Shown here: positions 9,587 through 17,600 of the stretch, one piece after another
Layout: each line of letters opens with the position of its first letter
Numbering within the stretch: the stretch's first letter is position 1
Assembly (NCBI GenBank): GCA_011620345.1
Contig: WOZJ01000066.1
Span: 1-64,000, forward strand
DNA length: 64,000 nt
Reading direction: 5' to 3'
From: Nitrospirota bacterium
GTDB taxonomy: Bacteria; UBA2233
Notes under the pieces: model-generated
The model's input: only the letters and a program-made list of their open reading frames with translations
Told to the model about the DNA's origin: nothing
Database searches by the model: none
Program-made: the position numbers and the translations under genes

Positions 9587-10822
9587 ATGGCAAACGCATC
9601 TCCCGAGCGAGAGCTTTTTGAACTTTTGGAACTATGCCTGGATTGTCAAGTGTGTCAAGGAAAATGCGCCTTGTTCGATGTGTTGTTCGACGAGCCCAAC
9701 GGGATGGAACCGCTACTGCTTAGAATATCGCATCTTGCCTCTTTGTGCTCGCTCTGCGGGCGCTGCACGCTTGTTTGTCCCTACCAAAACGGCAAGCTTG
9801 GGACCAAAAGCCTGATTCGGCCAGTCCTTGCGCTCAAGGGGGCCGCACTTCGGGAAGAACAAAAGGGCCTTGGGCGCTCTTTGGAGCGGCTTTTCTGGAG
9901 AGAGCTCCCGTTGTTTCTCGATCTGGCCAGGCGATTCGGCTCGATTAGCGATGCCCTTCTATCTCGGCCTTTTTTGCGTGGGCTCCTTGGCCGAATGTTA
10001 GATCTTGACCCCAAGGCAAGCCTGCCCTCGTTCTCTAGGGCAAGCCGTTTCCAACGCAATCCGGGCCAACGGGGCCTCAAGCGGTCGTCCAAGCTCACCG
10101 GCCAAAAGTTTGTCGTGTTTGATTCGTGCCTGACGCGCGCCTTTTTCCCGGACGAAGCGCAAAAGGCATGCGCGTTGATCGAAGGGTTCGGCGGAGAGGC
10201 CACGCGGATCCAAAAAGGTTGTTGCGGCATGGTTGCCCTCGAGCGCGGGCTCGAGTCTTTTGCCAGGAAGCGCTACCAAAGGCCACTGCTGAAACGATTC
10301 CAAAGGGCAAAAGAAGGCGGGTTCCAGAAGGTCTTGTTCCTCGAGCCGACCTGCCTTTTCGCGCTTCTTGCTTTTCCGGAGGAGCTTCAAGCGTTCGGGA
10401 TAGAAAAAACCGACCTGCTTCTAGCATCGGATTTTCTTTCTCTGGTTGCTGGGAACGAACATCCATACGGAGATCCCCAATCAAAGGTCGTCTACCAGCC
10501 GCCGTGCAGCCATGACTCGCAGGTCGCATCAGGTTGGCTGAAAGGGGCCTTTGAATCCGGTTCGGTTCAAACCCTCGAGGGCACATGTTGCGGCATGCAG
10601 GGATCTTTGGGGTTTCGGAAAAGCGCAAGGGAAGACCGAGAGCGGTTTGCCAAACGTTTTTCACGGGAATTGCGGGCGCAGAAAAACGCTTTATGGGTCC
10701 ACGACTGTTCGCTTTGCTTGATCCTCGCCCGTTCGATCGGAGAACAAAAAAGCATGACCAGGCTGGACATTTTATGGGATCTTTATTCCAATTCAACGCA
10801 AACCAAGGAGGCAATCTCATGA
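9587..10822 (+). CDS. Fe-S oxidoreductase, GlpC/HdrD-like (2x 4Fe-4S plus CCG domains)
   Basis: CLDCQVCQGKC and CSLCGRCTLVCP; DSC..., GCCGM, EPTC, PPCSH, TCCGM, CSLC; ATG 9587 just downstream of the predicted promoter. Confidence 0.8.
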   Translation: MANASPERELFELLELCLDCQVCQGKCALFDVLFDEPNGMEPLLLRISHLASLCSLCGRCTLVCPYQNGKLGTKSLIRPVLALKGAALREEQKGLGRSLERLFWRELPLFLDLARRFGSISDALLSRPFLRGLLGRMLDLDPKASLPSFSRASRFQRNPGQRGLKRSSKLTGQKFVVFDSCLTRAFFPDEAQKACALIEGFGGEATRIQKGCCGMVALERGLESFARKRYQRPLLKRFQRAKEGGFQKVLFLEPTCLFALLAFPEELQAFGIEKTDLLLASDFLSLVAGNEHPYGDPQSKVVYQPPCSHDSQVASGWLKGAFESGSVQTLEGTCCGMQGSLGFRKSAREDRERFAKRFSRELRAQKNALWVHDCSLCLILARSIGEQKSMTRLDILWDLYSNSTQTKEAIS

Positions 10823-12264
10823 AGGTGTTGTTCTTGAACCCGCCTATGGGTAACTGGGTTACCTGGGGCAAGCATATCACCATCAACCCCCATTTAGCCC
10901 AGGTAGCCGCCTACGTGCGCGAAAATACACCCCTAGAGGTCGTAGCCCTCGATGCCAGGGTGGATGAGATGGATGCCGAAAGGACGCTCGAGGCGATCGC
11001 CAAGGAAAGGCCCGACGTCGTCTATCAGGGCAACGTGGTCGTTACGGCCGGCGGGGCGGCCACCGTGGCCAGGACAAACGCAATGTTCCAAAAGATCAAA
11101 GCACGCTTCCCGGGAATTTTGACCGTTGGTGGCGGTTTGATGTATTCGGCCATCCCCGTTGAAGCGCTCCAGAAGGTACCCTCGATAGATTTTTTGACCA
11201 TTGGGGAAACGGAAGAAACGCTTGCCGAGCTTTTGGAGGCCCTTCTGAAGGGCTCTCAAGGCTTTGGCGCAATCCGGGGGCTTGCCTGGAGGGAAGACGG
11301 TGAAGTCCGGCTGAACGCGCCCAGGCCGCTTATACGGGACCTCGATTCGCTGCCCATGCCCGCCTACGACTTGTTCCCGATGGAGCGTTACCGGGGGTTC
11401 TCCACGCTCGAGCACTTTTCCGAGGCGCTGACGTCTCGAGGGTGCATGGGAGGGTGCGGTTTTTGCTACGAATGGTGGCTTTACGACCCAAGAAGGCCCG
11501 AGGATTTCTTGAGCTACAGGTCACGCTCTGGCAAGAAGGTGGCCGAAGAGCTCGAGCTGCTCTCGAAAGAATACGGCATCCGTACCGTGAATTTTTTGGA
11601 TGACGATTTTAATGCATCCAGGGAAAAGATTGTCGAGCTCTCACAAGAGCTCATTAGGCGCAACATCAAGATAGACTGGTTCTTCATGGGAAGGGCGGGC
11701 AACTTTGTCAGGGATATGGACCTTGTTTCGCTGATGAAACAGGCAGGCTGCTATTTTGTCCTTATGGGTATCGAGGGCTCGCAAGACGAGGAGAGATTCC
11801 GGATGCTCAAGGGCACTTCCTTTGAACAGATCCGCCAGGCAGTCCAGGCGTTCCGGGCCCACGACATAGGGACGGTCGGTACGTTCATGGTAGGGTTCTG
11901 GGAAGACGACGAAGAGGCAATCAAAAGACGCGTCGAGACGATGGACATGGTTGACCCGGACGTTGCCGCGCTGCAGGTCCTCACGCCCGTCCCAGGATCG
12001 CCCGTATACAAGAAGGCGATGGCCAACGGGCTCATCGAGGTCACGGACTGGGAGCTTTGGGACATCCAGCATGCAATCATGCCGACCAAACACTTGACAC
12101 GAGAACGCTTGCGAGAGTTGGCCGCCTGGGCTCAGGCCGAGTTTTTCAAAAAGCCAGAGCGAATCGAAAGGCTTATGAACGCGAAGCACCCTTGCATCAA
12201 GGCTTCCTGCGCAACCTACATGGAAAACGCCGCCAGGTTTGCCCAGGATAAGGCCTACGTGTAG
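10819..12264 (+). CDS. Cobalamin-binding-domain radical SAM protein (class B / BchE-like)
   Basis: N-terminal B12-type domain (VLFLNPP, IGETE, DLDSLPMPAYDL), SRGCMGGCGFC CxxxCxxC, DDDF, GIE, TPVPGS; ATG 10819 after AAGGAGG. Confidence 0.9.
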   Translation: MKVLFLNPPMGNWVTWGKHITINPHLAQVAAYVRENTPLEVVALDARVDEMDAERTLEAIAKERPDVVYQGNVVVTAGGAATVARTNAMFQKIKARFPGILTVGGGLMYSAIPVEALQKVPSIDFLTIGETEETLAELLEALLKGSQGFGAIRGLAWREDGEVRLNAPRPLIRDLDSLPMPAYDLFPMERYRGFSTLEHFSEALTSRGCMGGCGFCYEWWLYDPRRPEDFLSYRSRSGKKVAEELELLSKEYGIRTVNFLDDDFNASREKIVELSQELIRRNIKIDWFFMGRAGNFVRDMDLVSLMKQAGCYFVLMGIEGSQDEERFRMLKGTSFEQIRQAVQAFRAHDIGTVGTFMVGFWEDDEEAIKRRVETMDMVDPDVAALQVLTPVPGSPVYKKAMANGLIEVTDWELWDIQHAIMPTKHLTRERLRELAAWAQAEFFKKPERIERLMNAKHPCIKASCATYMENAARFAQDKAYV

Positions 12265-12297
12265 AGCAGCATGCCAAGGCAAAAGCCTTGCAGCCTT

Positions 12298-12341
12298 AAA
12301 GGTCAACAGCCGGGGATACAACACCCCGGCTGTTGACCTTT
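12298..12341. terminator. Bidirectional intrinsic terminator-like hairpin
   Basis: Perfect 18 bp inverted repeat AAAGGTCAACAGCCGGGG / CCCCGGCTGTTGACCTTT, 8 nt loop, between the convergent rSAM and cynS genes. Confidence 0.8.
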
Positions 12342-12348
12342 GTATGGG

Positions 12349-12786
12349 CTAGTAAGGGCTGTAGGGCAAGAATTTGGAATCGATAGTGACGATGGCCCGG
12401 TCTCCTTTCCGCTCAAAATGAACCTTCACGTCCACAGCGGAAAGAATGCCGTCCCCGAAGTTTTCGTAAGTCAGCTCTTTGATCGCCTCGCCGTAGAGGT
12501 CTACCAGTTCGTTTAGCCTGGCCATGAACGTATCGGTGGAACGGATAGGAATGGTCGAGAGGTATTCGGCAAGGCCCGTCTCGATCTCGAGCAGCGCTGC
12601 AAGCTTTTCGGCAGCCTCGAAGGGAAGGCGCTGCTGGCCGAATAGCGTTGAGACGAAGAATACGGGGTCGACCCCGATGTGCTCGGCGACGTCTTTGAAT
12701 TCCAGCCCCTTTTGGTCCATTTTGGACCGTACTACATCACGGACGTCGTCGATATAAACCTCTTCGGACGTGTGGTTTCCGTTCAT
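12349..12786 (-). CDS. cynS: Cyanate hydratase (cyanase)
   Basis: N-terminal HTH-like domain; RLNE (catalytic R..E), YGEAIKEL, ENFGDGILSA, KFLPY; AGGAG RBS. Confidence 0.9.
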   Translation of the reverse strand: MNGNHTSEEVYIDDVRDVVRSKMDQKGLEFKDVAEHIGVDPVFFVSTLFGQQRLPFEAAEKLAALLEIETGLAEYLSTIPIRSTDTFMARLNELVDLYGEAIKELTYENFGDGILSAVDVKVHFERKGDRAIVTIDSKFLPYSPY

Positions 12787-12810
12787 TGCGAAATTCTCCT
12801 TACAGGTTCG

Positions 12811-13827
12811 TTAGCTTTGCAAGATAGCGGCGGCGCTTTTCCAGCGCTCTGGTTCTTGTGTGGGAAGGCTTGGCGTGTAAAAGCTTATCCTGTTCAGCAC
12901 GCCTTCGTACTTCGAGCGAACTTTATAGGCAACCTCTTCGAGAGCGCCTTGTTCTACCATCATCTCGACCAGCGCCCCGGGAAGCTGGGCAGGCATGGCG
13001 TCCCAATTGCCTTCGGCGGCAAGGCGGGTCAGCCTATCGCCAACATCCTCCCAGCCGTGGTGGGAAAGGACCCTCCTGTATGCCTTGGTCGATGCATAGA
13101 AAGAAATCTGCATCTTGGCGAATTCTAGCTGGGATCGAACCTCTTCTTTCGTATCTCCGATGGCGACGAACGCGGAGCTGGCAAGGGTGATCTCGTCAAT
13201 GCTACGGCCAGCCTTTTTGGCCCCCTCTTGGACCTCTGGCAGGACGAGTTCCTTGAGGAACGATACCGTATGCAACGGGTGGATGTGGAACCCGCCGCAG
13301 AGTTCTCCTGCCAGTTTGCATATGTAGGGGTTGACGCCGGCGACGTAGAGTGGGATGTTAGGGTGCTGAATCGGGCCCGGGTTGAAAAACGGGGTCATAA
13401 GCGTGAAGGTGTAAAACTCCCCTCGAAAATCGAGCGGATCGCCGTTCTGCCAGCACCCCCAAATCGCACGGAGCGCAAGGATCAATTCCCTCAACCTTGG
13501 CCCAGGCCTGTCCCAGGGGACGCTAAACCGCCTTTCGTTGTGGCCTTTGACCTGGGTGCCGAGCCCCAGGATAAACCGACCGTTCGAAAAGTTCGCCAGA
13601 TCCCATGCGGTGTAGGCGAGTACCATGGGCGAACGGACGAAAGCGATCGCAACCCCCGTCCCAAGCTCTAGCCTTTTGGTGTGCTCCGCGGCCAATACCA
13701 GCGGCAAAAAGGGCTCGTGGCTCGATTCGACGCTAAAGAGCCCGCTTATTCCTGCCTCTTCCGCAGTTTTGGCGAATACATCCGCCCCTTGAATGCCAAA
13801 GGGAGGAAGTCCAACGTCGAACTTCAT
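12811..13827 (-). CDS. LLM-class (luciferase-like) oxidoreductase, probable F420-dependent MSMEG_2256-like family
   Basis: HEPFLPL, GTGVAIAFVRSP, GRFILGLGTQVKGHNERRFS, YTFTLMTPFFNPGP, ISFYAST; ATG 13827. Confidence 0.85.
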   Translation of the reverse strand: MKFDVGLPPFGIQGADVFAKTAEEAGISGLFSVESSHEPFLPLVLAAEHTKRLELGTGVAIAFVRSPMVLAYTAWDLANFSNGRFILGLGTQVKGHNERRFSVPWDRPGPRLRELILALRAIWGCWQNGDPLDFRGEFYTFTLMTPFFNPGPIQHPNIPLYVAGVNPYICKLAGELCGGFHIHPLHTVSFLKELVLPEVQEGAKKAGRSIDEITLASSAFVAIGDTKEEVRSQLEFAKMQISFYASTKAYRRVLSHHGWEDVGDRLTRLAAEGNWDAMPAQLPGALVEMMVEQGALEEVAYKVRSKYEGVLNRISFYTPSLPTQEPERWKSAAAILQS

Positions 13828-13876
13828 CGAAACCCCCTGTTCGCTATTTGGTAGACCTCGCATTCCACGCCAAGCC

Positions 13877-13885
13877 ATTCTAGCA
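13877..13885 (-). promoter_or_regulatory. Possible extended -10 promoter for LLM-cynS
   Basis: TGCTAGAAT on the minus strand about 50 nt upstream of the ATG. Confidence 0.35.
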
Positions 13886-13910
13886 CGTATGGAATCCGAT
13901 CCCCAGAGTT

Positions 13911-13938
13911 AAAAAAAAGCAACGCCGGGGCGTGCTTT
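13911..13938 (-). terminator. Intrinsic terminator downstream of the MFS gene
   Basis: Minus strand AAAGCACGCCCCGGCGTTGC followed by T8; short bulged stem. Confidence 0.55.
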
Positions 13939-14031
13939 CGAGGTTCTGGCCGTATGAGTACAGATTGCCGCCGAATCAGGCTAACAGGGCCCAATGAGCC
14001 CCGCTAGCCAAGCAGCAAGCGCGAGCAGCGG

Positions 14032-15336
14032 CTAGGCTGCTCGAGGGGTTCGCCCCGCCCTCATTGGTTTCAGAGCAAACACGCTAAGGCTTACGAGCAG
14101 AAGAATCAGGCCGAACACCGAAAGTGTTTTGCCGACACCGATGGCGTCTAGCAGGTAGCCCGCGGTCAGCATACCGATGGGGGTCGCAGCCTGTGTGGTG
14201 GTGCTAAACGTCGTGAACACCCGGCCCAAAAGGCGCATAGGCGCCTGCGTTTGGAGGGTCGTTACGAACATGACGTTCATCGTCGTCGTACAGCTTCCCA
14301 TCATCATCGAGAGTACTAGCGCAAGCGATAGCGAGTGCAGATGCGTGAGCGAGATGAGCACAAGGCCAGCTATTCCTAGCGCCAACCCCATGGCCAGGCC
14401 CTCTTTAAGGTTCTTTCTCAGGTTTGCTAAAAGAAGCGAGGTCGCAAGCGCACCCGCGCCTAGCCCAGACATCATCAAACCCATCGCCTTCGGCCCAGCC
14501 TGCAGGATTCGCTCGGAGAAGACGGAGAACATCAAAGGAAGGGGGTTTAAAGAGAAGTTGTACACGAGCGCAACCGCCATAACGCCAAGGACCACCCGGT
14601 TGTCGAAGAACACGAAGCGCGCGCCCTCCTTAATGTCTTCGAAGACGCTCTGGCTGGAATCCCTTTCGCGTGCTTCCTTAGGAATCCGATCTTGAATCTT
14701 GAGCGGCAGGATGCAAAGCGCCGAGATCAAGAATGTGAGTCCGTCAATATAAAGGACGTTTTGAGCGCCTAGAATCGGGATCAAAACGCCCGAGATGGCA
14801 GGGCCCATCAGTACGCCCGTGTATGTAGTCGACTGGATGAGCGAATTGGCCTCGCGAAGGCGCTCTTTTTCGACAAGGAACGGGATTGAAGTGATCAGCG
14901 CAGGCCCGAACACGGTCGAGACGCAAGAAAACAAGAAGACGCTAAGGCATAGGGTTGGGAAGTTGAGCCATCCGACGTAATAAAGACTTGGAATGCCCAT
15001 CATAAGGACGAAACGGACAATGTCCGTTACAATCATCGTCTTCTTCCTGCTGTGTCGGTCTAAGTAGGCTCCAGCGACCATGCCCAGCGCAATGGCGGGC
15101 AACGTCTGAAGAATGCCTATCATGGCCATTTTAGCGGCTGATCCGGTCAATTCGTACACAAACCACAGCAAGGCCACACGGTTTAAGCCGTCCCCGATCT
15201 GGGAAATGACCTGGCCGAGCCACAGAGAGAAGAAGGGGGGGTTGAGGAGTAGAGGGCGCTTTTTGCCATCTTCTATGGTTTGCCGTCTTCGTGCGAGAGC
15301 GGGCTGATCGAGTAAGGGGGCCTTGGCCATCGCCAT
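14032..15336 (-). CDS. MFS transporter (DHA3/MefA-like efflux family)
   Basis: LWLGQVISQIGDG, GAYLDRHSRKK motif A, GPAISG, LLGRVF; about 12 hydrophobic segments; ATG 15336 with AGGAG. Confidence 0.9.
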   Translation of the reverse strand: MAMAKAPLLDQPALARRRQTIEDGKKRPLLLNPPFFSLWLGQVISQIGDGLNRVALLWFVYELTGSAAKMAMIGILQTLPAIALGMVAGAYLDRHSRKKTMIVTDIVRFVLMMGIPSLYYVGWLNFPTLCLSVFLFSCVSTVFGPALITSIPFLVEKERLREANSLIQSTTYTGVLMGPAISGVLIPILGAQNVLYIDGLTFLISALCILPLKIQDRIPKEARERDSSQSVFEDIKEGARFVFFDNRVVLGVMAVALVYNFSLNPLPLMFSVFSERILQAGPKAMGLMMSGLGAGALATSLLLANLRKNLKEGLAMGLALGIAGLVLISLTHLHSLSLALVLSMMMGSCTTTMNVMFVTTLQTQAPMRLLGRVFTTFSTTTQAATPIGMLTAGYLLDAIGVGKTLSVFGLILLLVSLSVFALKPMRAGRTPRAA

Positions 15337-15397
15337 GAAAATCTCCTTGATTGCCAATTTATTGAGATTATGTCCTGCTTCCTGTCTTTAAAAAAGA

Positions 15398-15414
15398 AGC
15401 AAATTTTATGCCAA
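15398..15414 (-). promoter_or_regulatory. Sigma-54 -24/-12 promoter for the MFS gene
   Basis: TTGGCATAAAATTTGCT, GG-N10-GC. Confidence 0.75.
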
Positions 15415-15463
15415 TTTAGGAGAAGCATGACGATGCATAGCCTACGGCGCTTACCATGACGGC

Positions 15464-15480
15464 TGTATCGCCATGATGCA
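15464..15480. promoter_or_regulatory. Candidate enhancer-binding-protein site (7-3-7)
   Basis: TGTATCG-CCA-TGATGCA. Confidence 0.45.
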
Positions 15481-15528
15481 CTCTTTTGCGATGGATGGCG
15501 CGTAGTAGGCTTGTAACCGGACAAAGGT

Positions 15529-15571
15529 CTAAGGCAGGGTATGCATCATTGTGATGCATACCCTGCCTTAG
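15529..15571. repeat. Perfect 20 bp inverted repeat whose core is a 7-3-7 palindrome
   Basis: CTAAGGCAGGGTATGCATCA-TTG-TGATGCATACCCTGCCTTAG, 5 nt past the GT4 stop. Confidence 0.85.
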
Positions 15572-15576
15572 TTAGT

Positions 15577-16635
15577 CTACAGAAGGGCCAGTTGAGGCTT
15601 TAGGCAGGCGCGGAAGGATTGGCGCACTTCTTGATAGAGGGCTTCATGTTCGTCGATAAAGCGGGTTGCGCTGAAACGTTCCCGTGCCCGTTCGGCACAT
15701 CTCACCCTGTCGAAGTCTGTCAGTTTCTGGCTTTTGATCAGCTCGGCCATTTCTTTGAGGTTCCGAACAACAAAGCCCGTAACGCCCTCCTCGACGAGTT
15801 CGCTCACGGAACCTTTTGGAAAAGCGATGACGGGCGTTCCGCAAAGCATGGACTCTATCATGACCAAACCGAACGGTTCGTCCCATTCTATCGGGAAGAG
15901 CGTTGCCTTGGCCTTCCTTAGGAGACCGACCTTTTCTTTGAAGTTTAAATCGCCCAAGTGCGTTACGTCGCCAAGTCTCATGAGAGGCTTAATTTCTTCT
16001 TTGAAGTAGGGTTCATCCACCCAATGGACCGGCCCCCCGATGCGGAGCGGAACTCCGGCCATGGCCGCCGCCCGTATCGCTGTATGGAGGCCCTTGACTT
16101 TCGTGATACGGCCAAGAAAGGCTACGTAGGCCTCAGGCTTGGAACTCGAAGAAAAGAGAGATATATCAAGGCCATGGTAGATAGTGCGGACGTTGGCGAG
16201 GGGGATTTCTTGGCTTTTTTGGTATTCGGAGATAGAGACGTAGTGCACGTCCGGGAAGTGGGTATAGAGGCTTGAAAGGGTTTCGTTTTTTACGTGATGG
16301 AGCGTGTAGATGCAGGGAATGTCCGGGAGGAACCGCGTAAAGGGAAGCGCGTTTGCTCCGTGCAGATGAACCAAGTCAAAATCACCCTCTCTTACAATAT
16401 CCGTGAACGCGAAGCTGTAGTGGTTAATTTCCCGGTGGACATCCGGAGGCCAGGTGCTCTCTTGATAAATATATCGCAAAAAACCGGAAGTCTTCGAATC
16501 TCCCGTGGCGTACAAATGAACTTCATGACCCTTATCGGTAAGTCCTTCGCAAAGGACATGCACGATCTGTTCGATTCCCCCGTACCGTTTTGGCGGAACG
16601 CTGACATGCGGGTTGCAAACCATGGCGATCTTCAT
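15577..16635 (-). CDS. Glycosyltransferase family 4
   Basis: VPPKRYGGIEQ, IYHG, FLGRITKVKG, EPFGLVMIE (EX7E); ATG 16635 with AGGAG. Confidence 0.92.
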   Translation of the reverse strand: MKIAMVCNPHVSVPPKRYGGIEQIVHVLCEGLTDKGHEVHLYATGDSKTSGFLRYIYQESTWPPDVHREINHYSFAFTDIVREGDFDLVHLHGANALPFTRFLPDIPCIYTLHHVKNETLSSLYTHFPDVHYVSISEYQKSQEIPLANVRTIYHGLDISLFSSSSKPEAYVAFLGRITKVKGLHTAIRAAAMAGVPLRIGGPVHWVDEPYFKEEIKPLMRLGDVTHLGDLNFKEKVGLLRKAKATLFPIEWDEPFGLVMIESMLCGTPVIAFPKGSVSELVEEGVTGFVVRNLKEMAELIKSQKLTDFDRVRCAERARERFSATRFIDEHEALYQEVRQSFRACLKPQLALL

Positions 16636-16721
16636 GAAACATGCTCCTGTTGTTGTGGTGTAAGGCACCCTAGGATGCTAACTAACTAACACACTTCGCC
16701 CTATCCTTATTCTTATAGCTA

Positions 16722-16738
16722 AGCAAAACTCATGCCAA
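16722..16738 (-). promoter_or_regulatory. Sigma-54 -24/-12 promoter for GT4
   Basis: TTGGCATGAGTTTTGCT, GG-N10-GC. Confidence 0.75.
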
Positions 16739-16868
16739 TGCGTCCTTAAGGTTGTCCGGGGCAGCTCCATACTGCAATTCGTATGCTTTTGATACACAAA
16801 GACTAAGGCCGGCTATCCTCGTGCGGCCGGAAATCCGGAAGAATGCCCGCGGGGTGTTTGTGGCTGAA

Positions 16869-16885
16869 TGAATCAAAATGATTCA
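16869..16885. promoter_or_regulatory. Candidate enhancer-binding-protein site (perfect 7-3-7 palindrome)
   Basis: TGAATCA-AAA-TGATTCA between two divergent sigma-54 promoters. Confidence 0.55.
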
Positions 16886-16936
16886 CTCGTATGCGTACAG
16901 CTGTTTGAAAAGCCTGTAGGGGTCCTTTTTTTGAGA

Positions 16937-16953
16937 GTGGCACCGATATTGCA
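16937..16953 (+). promoter_or_regulatory. Sigma-54 -24/-12 promoter for two small secreted proteins
   Basis: GTGGCACCGATATTGCA, GG-N10-GC. Confidence 0.75.
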
Positions 16954-17199
16954 TCCGTTTGTTATTACGAAAAACTATACGGGAAGGAGGACTCGGGTGA
17001 GGCAAGCGTTATTTCTGAAGGCCCTCCGCGTCACGCTTTCCGGGCTCGGTGCCGGAGGGAAGAGCGCGAATGCATCGGTGGATCGCCTCATGGAGATGAG
17101 AAAACCTATCCAGAAGAGGGTTGCCCTCAAAGGTGAGACTCCCGTTTCTTGGAATGCATTCATTAGAAATTATCAGGAATTAAAGGAAGGAAAAAGGTT

Positions 17200-17565
17200 A
17201 TGAAACAATCGATCGTCGTTGGAAGCCTAGGAGTTGCCATGGTAGCTTTGGGCCTTGGGTTTGCACCACCCAGCAATGCTCAAGGATTGATGGATGGCCT
17301 TACGGGGCTGCTTGGGGCGCAGGCCCAAACCAGCACAACCGAGCCTACGGCTATGCCATCACCGTACCCGCTGCCGGAAAGTTTTTCGGACGGCGAAGAA
17401 GAATTGGCCGGAACCGCTCCCTTCGGTCCAGCGTTGGATACCGGCATGGCGACAACGCCCGATACTGGAACGCCGCAAGGAGCGACGGGCTCGAGCCCAG
17501 AGAGCCCAGAAGAAGGCATGACGCCACAACAGTTGCCGGCAATGCCCGTACAGCCAGGGTTCTAG
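17200..17565 (+). CDS. Small secreted hypothetical protein (acidic, Pro/Thr/Gly-rich)
   Basis: Signal peptide MKQSIVVGSLGVAMVALGLGFAPPSNA-Q; purine-rich RBS. Confidence 0.7.
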   Translation: MKQSIVVGSLGVAMVALGLGFAPPSNAQGLMDGLTGLLGAQAQTSTTEPTAMPSPYPLPESFSDGEEELAGTAPFGPALDTGMATTPDTGTPQGATGSSPESPEEGMTPQQLPAMPVQPGF

Positions 17566-17600
17566 GATAGCCTGCAATCTAAAAAACAGGAGGGCTACCC

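Noticed and set aside
10819-12264. bchE or hopanoid methylase (hpnP/hpnR) call
   Set aside because: Only general class B architecture; no bch or hpn/shc genes in the window
16868-17203. 111 aa ORF
   Set aside because: Overlaps the palindrome and sigma-54 motif, has no RBS and no recognisable domain
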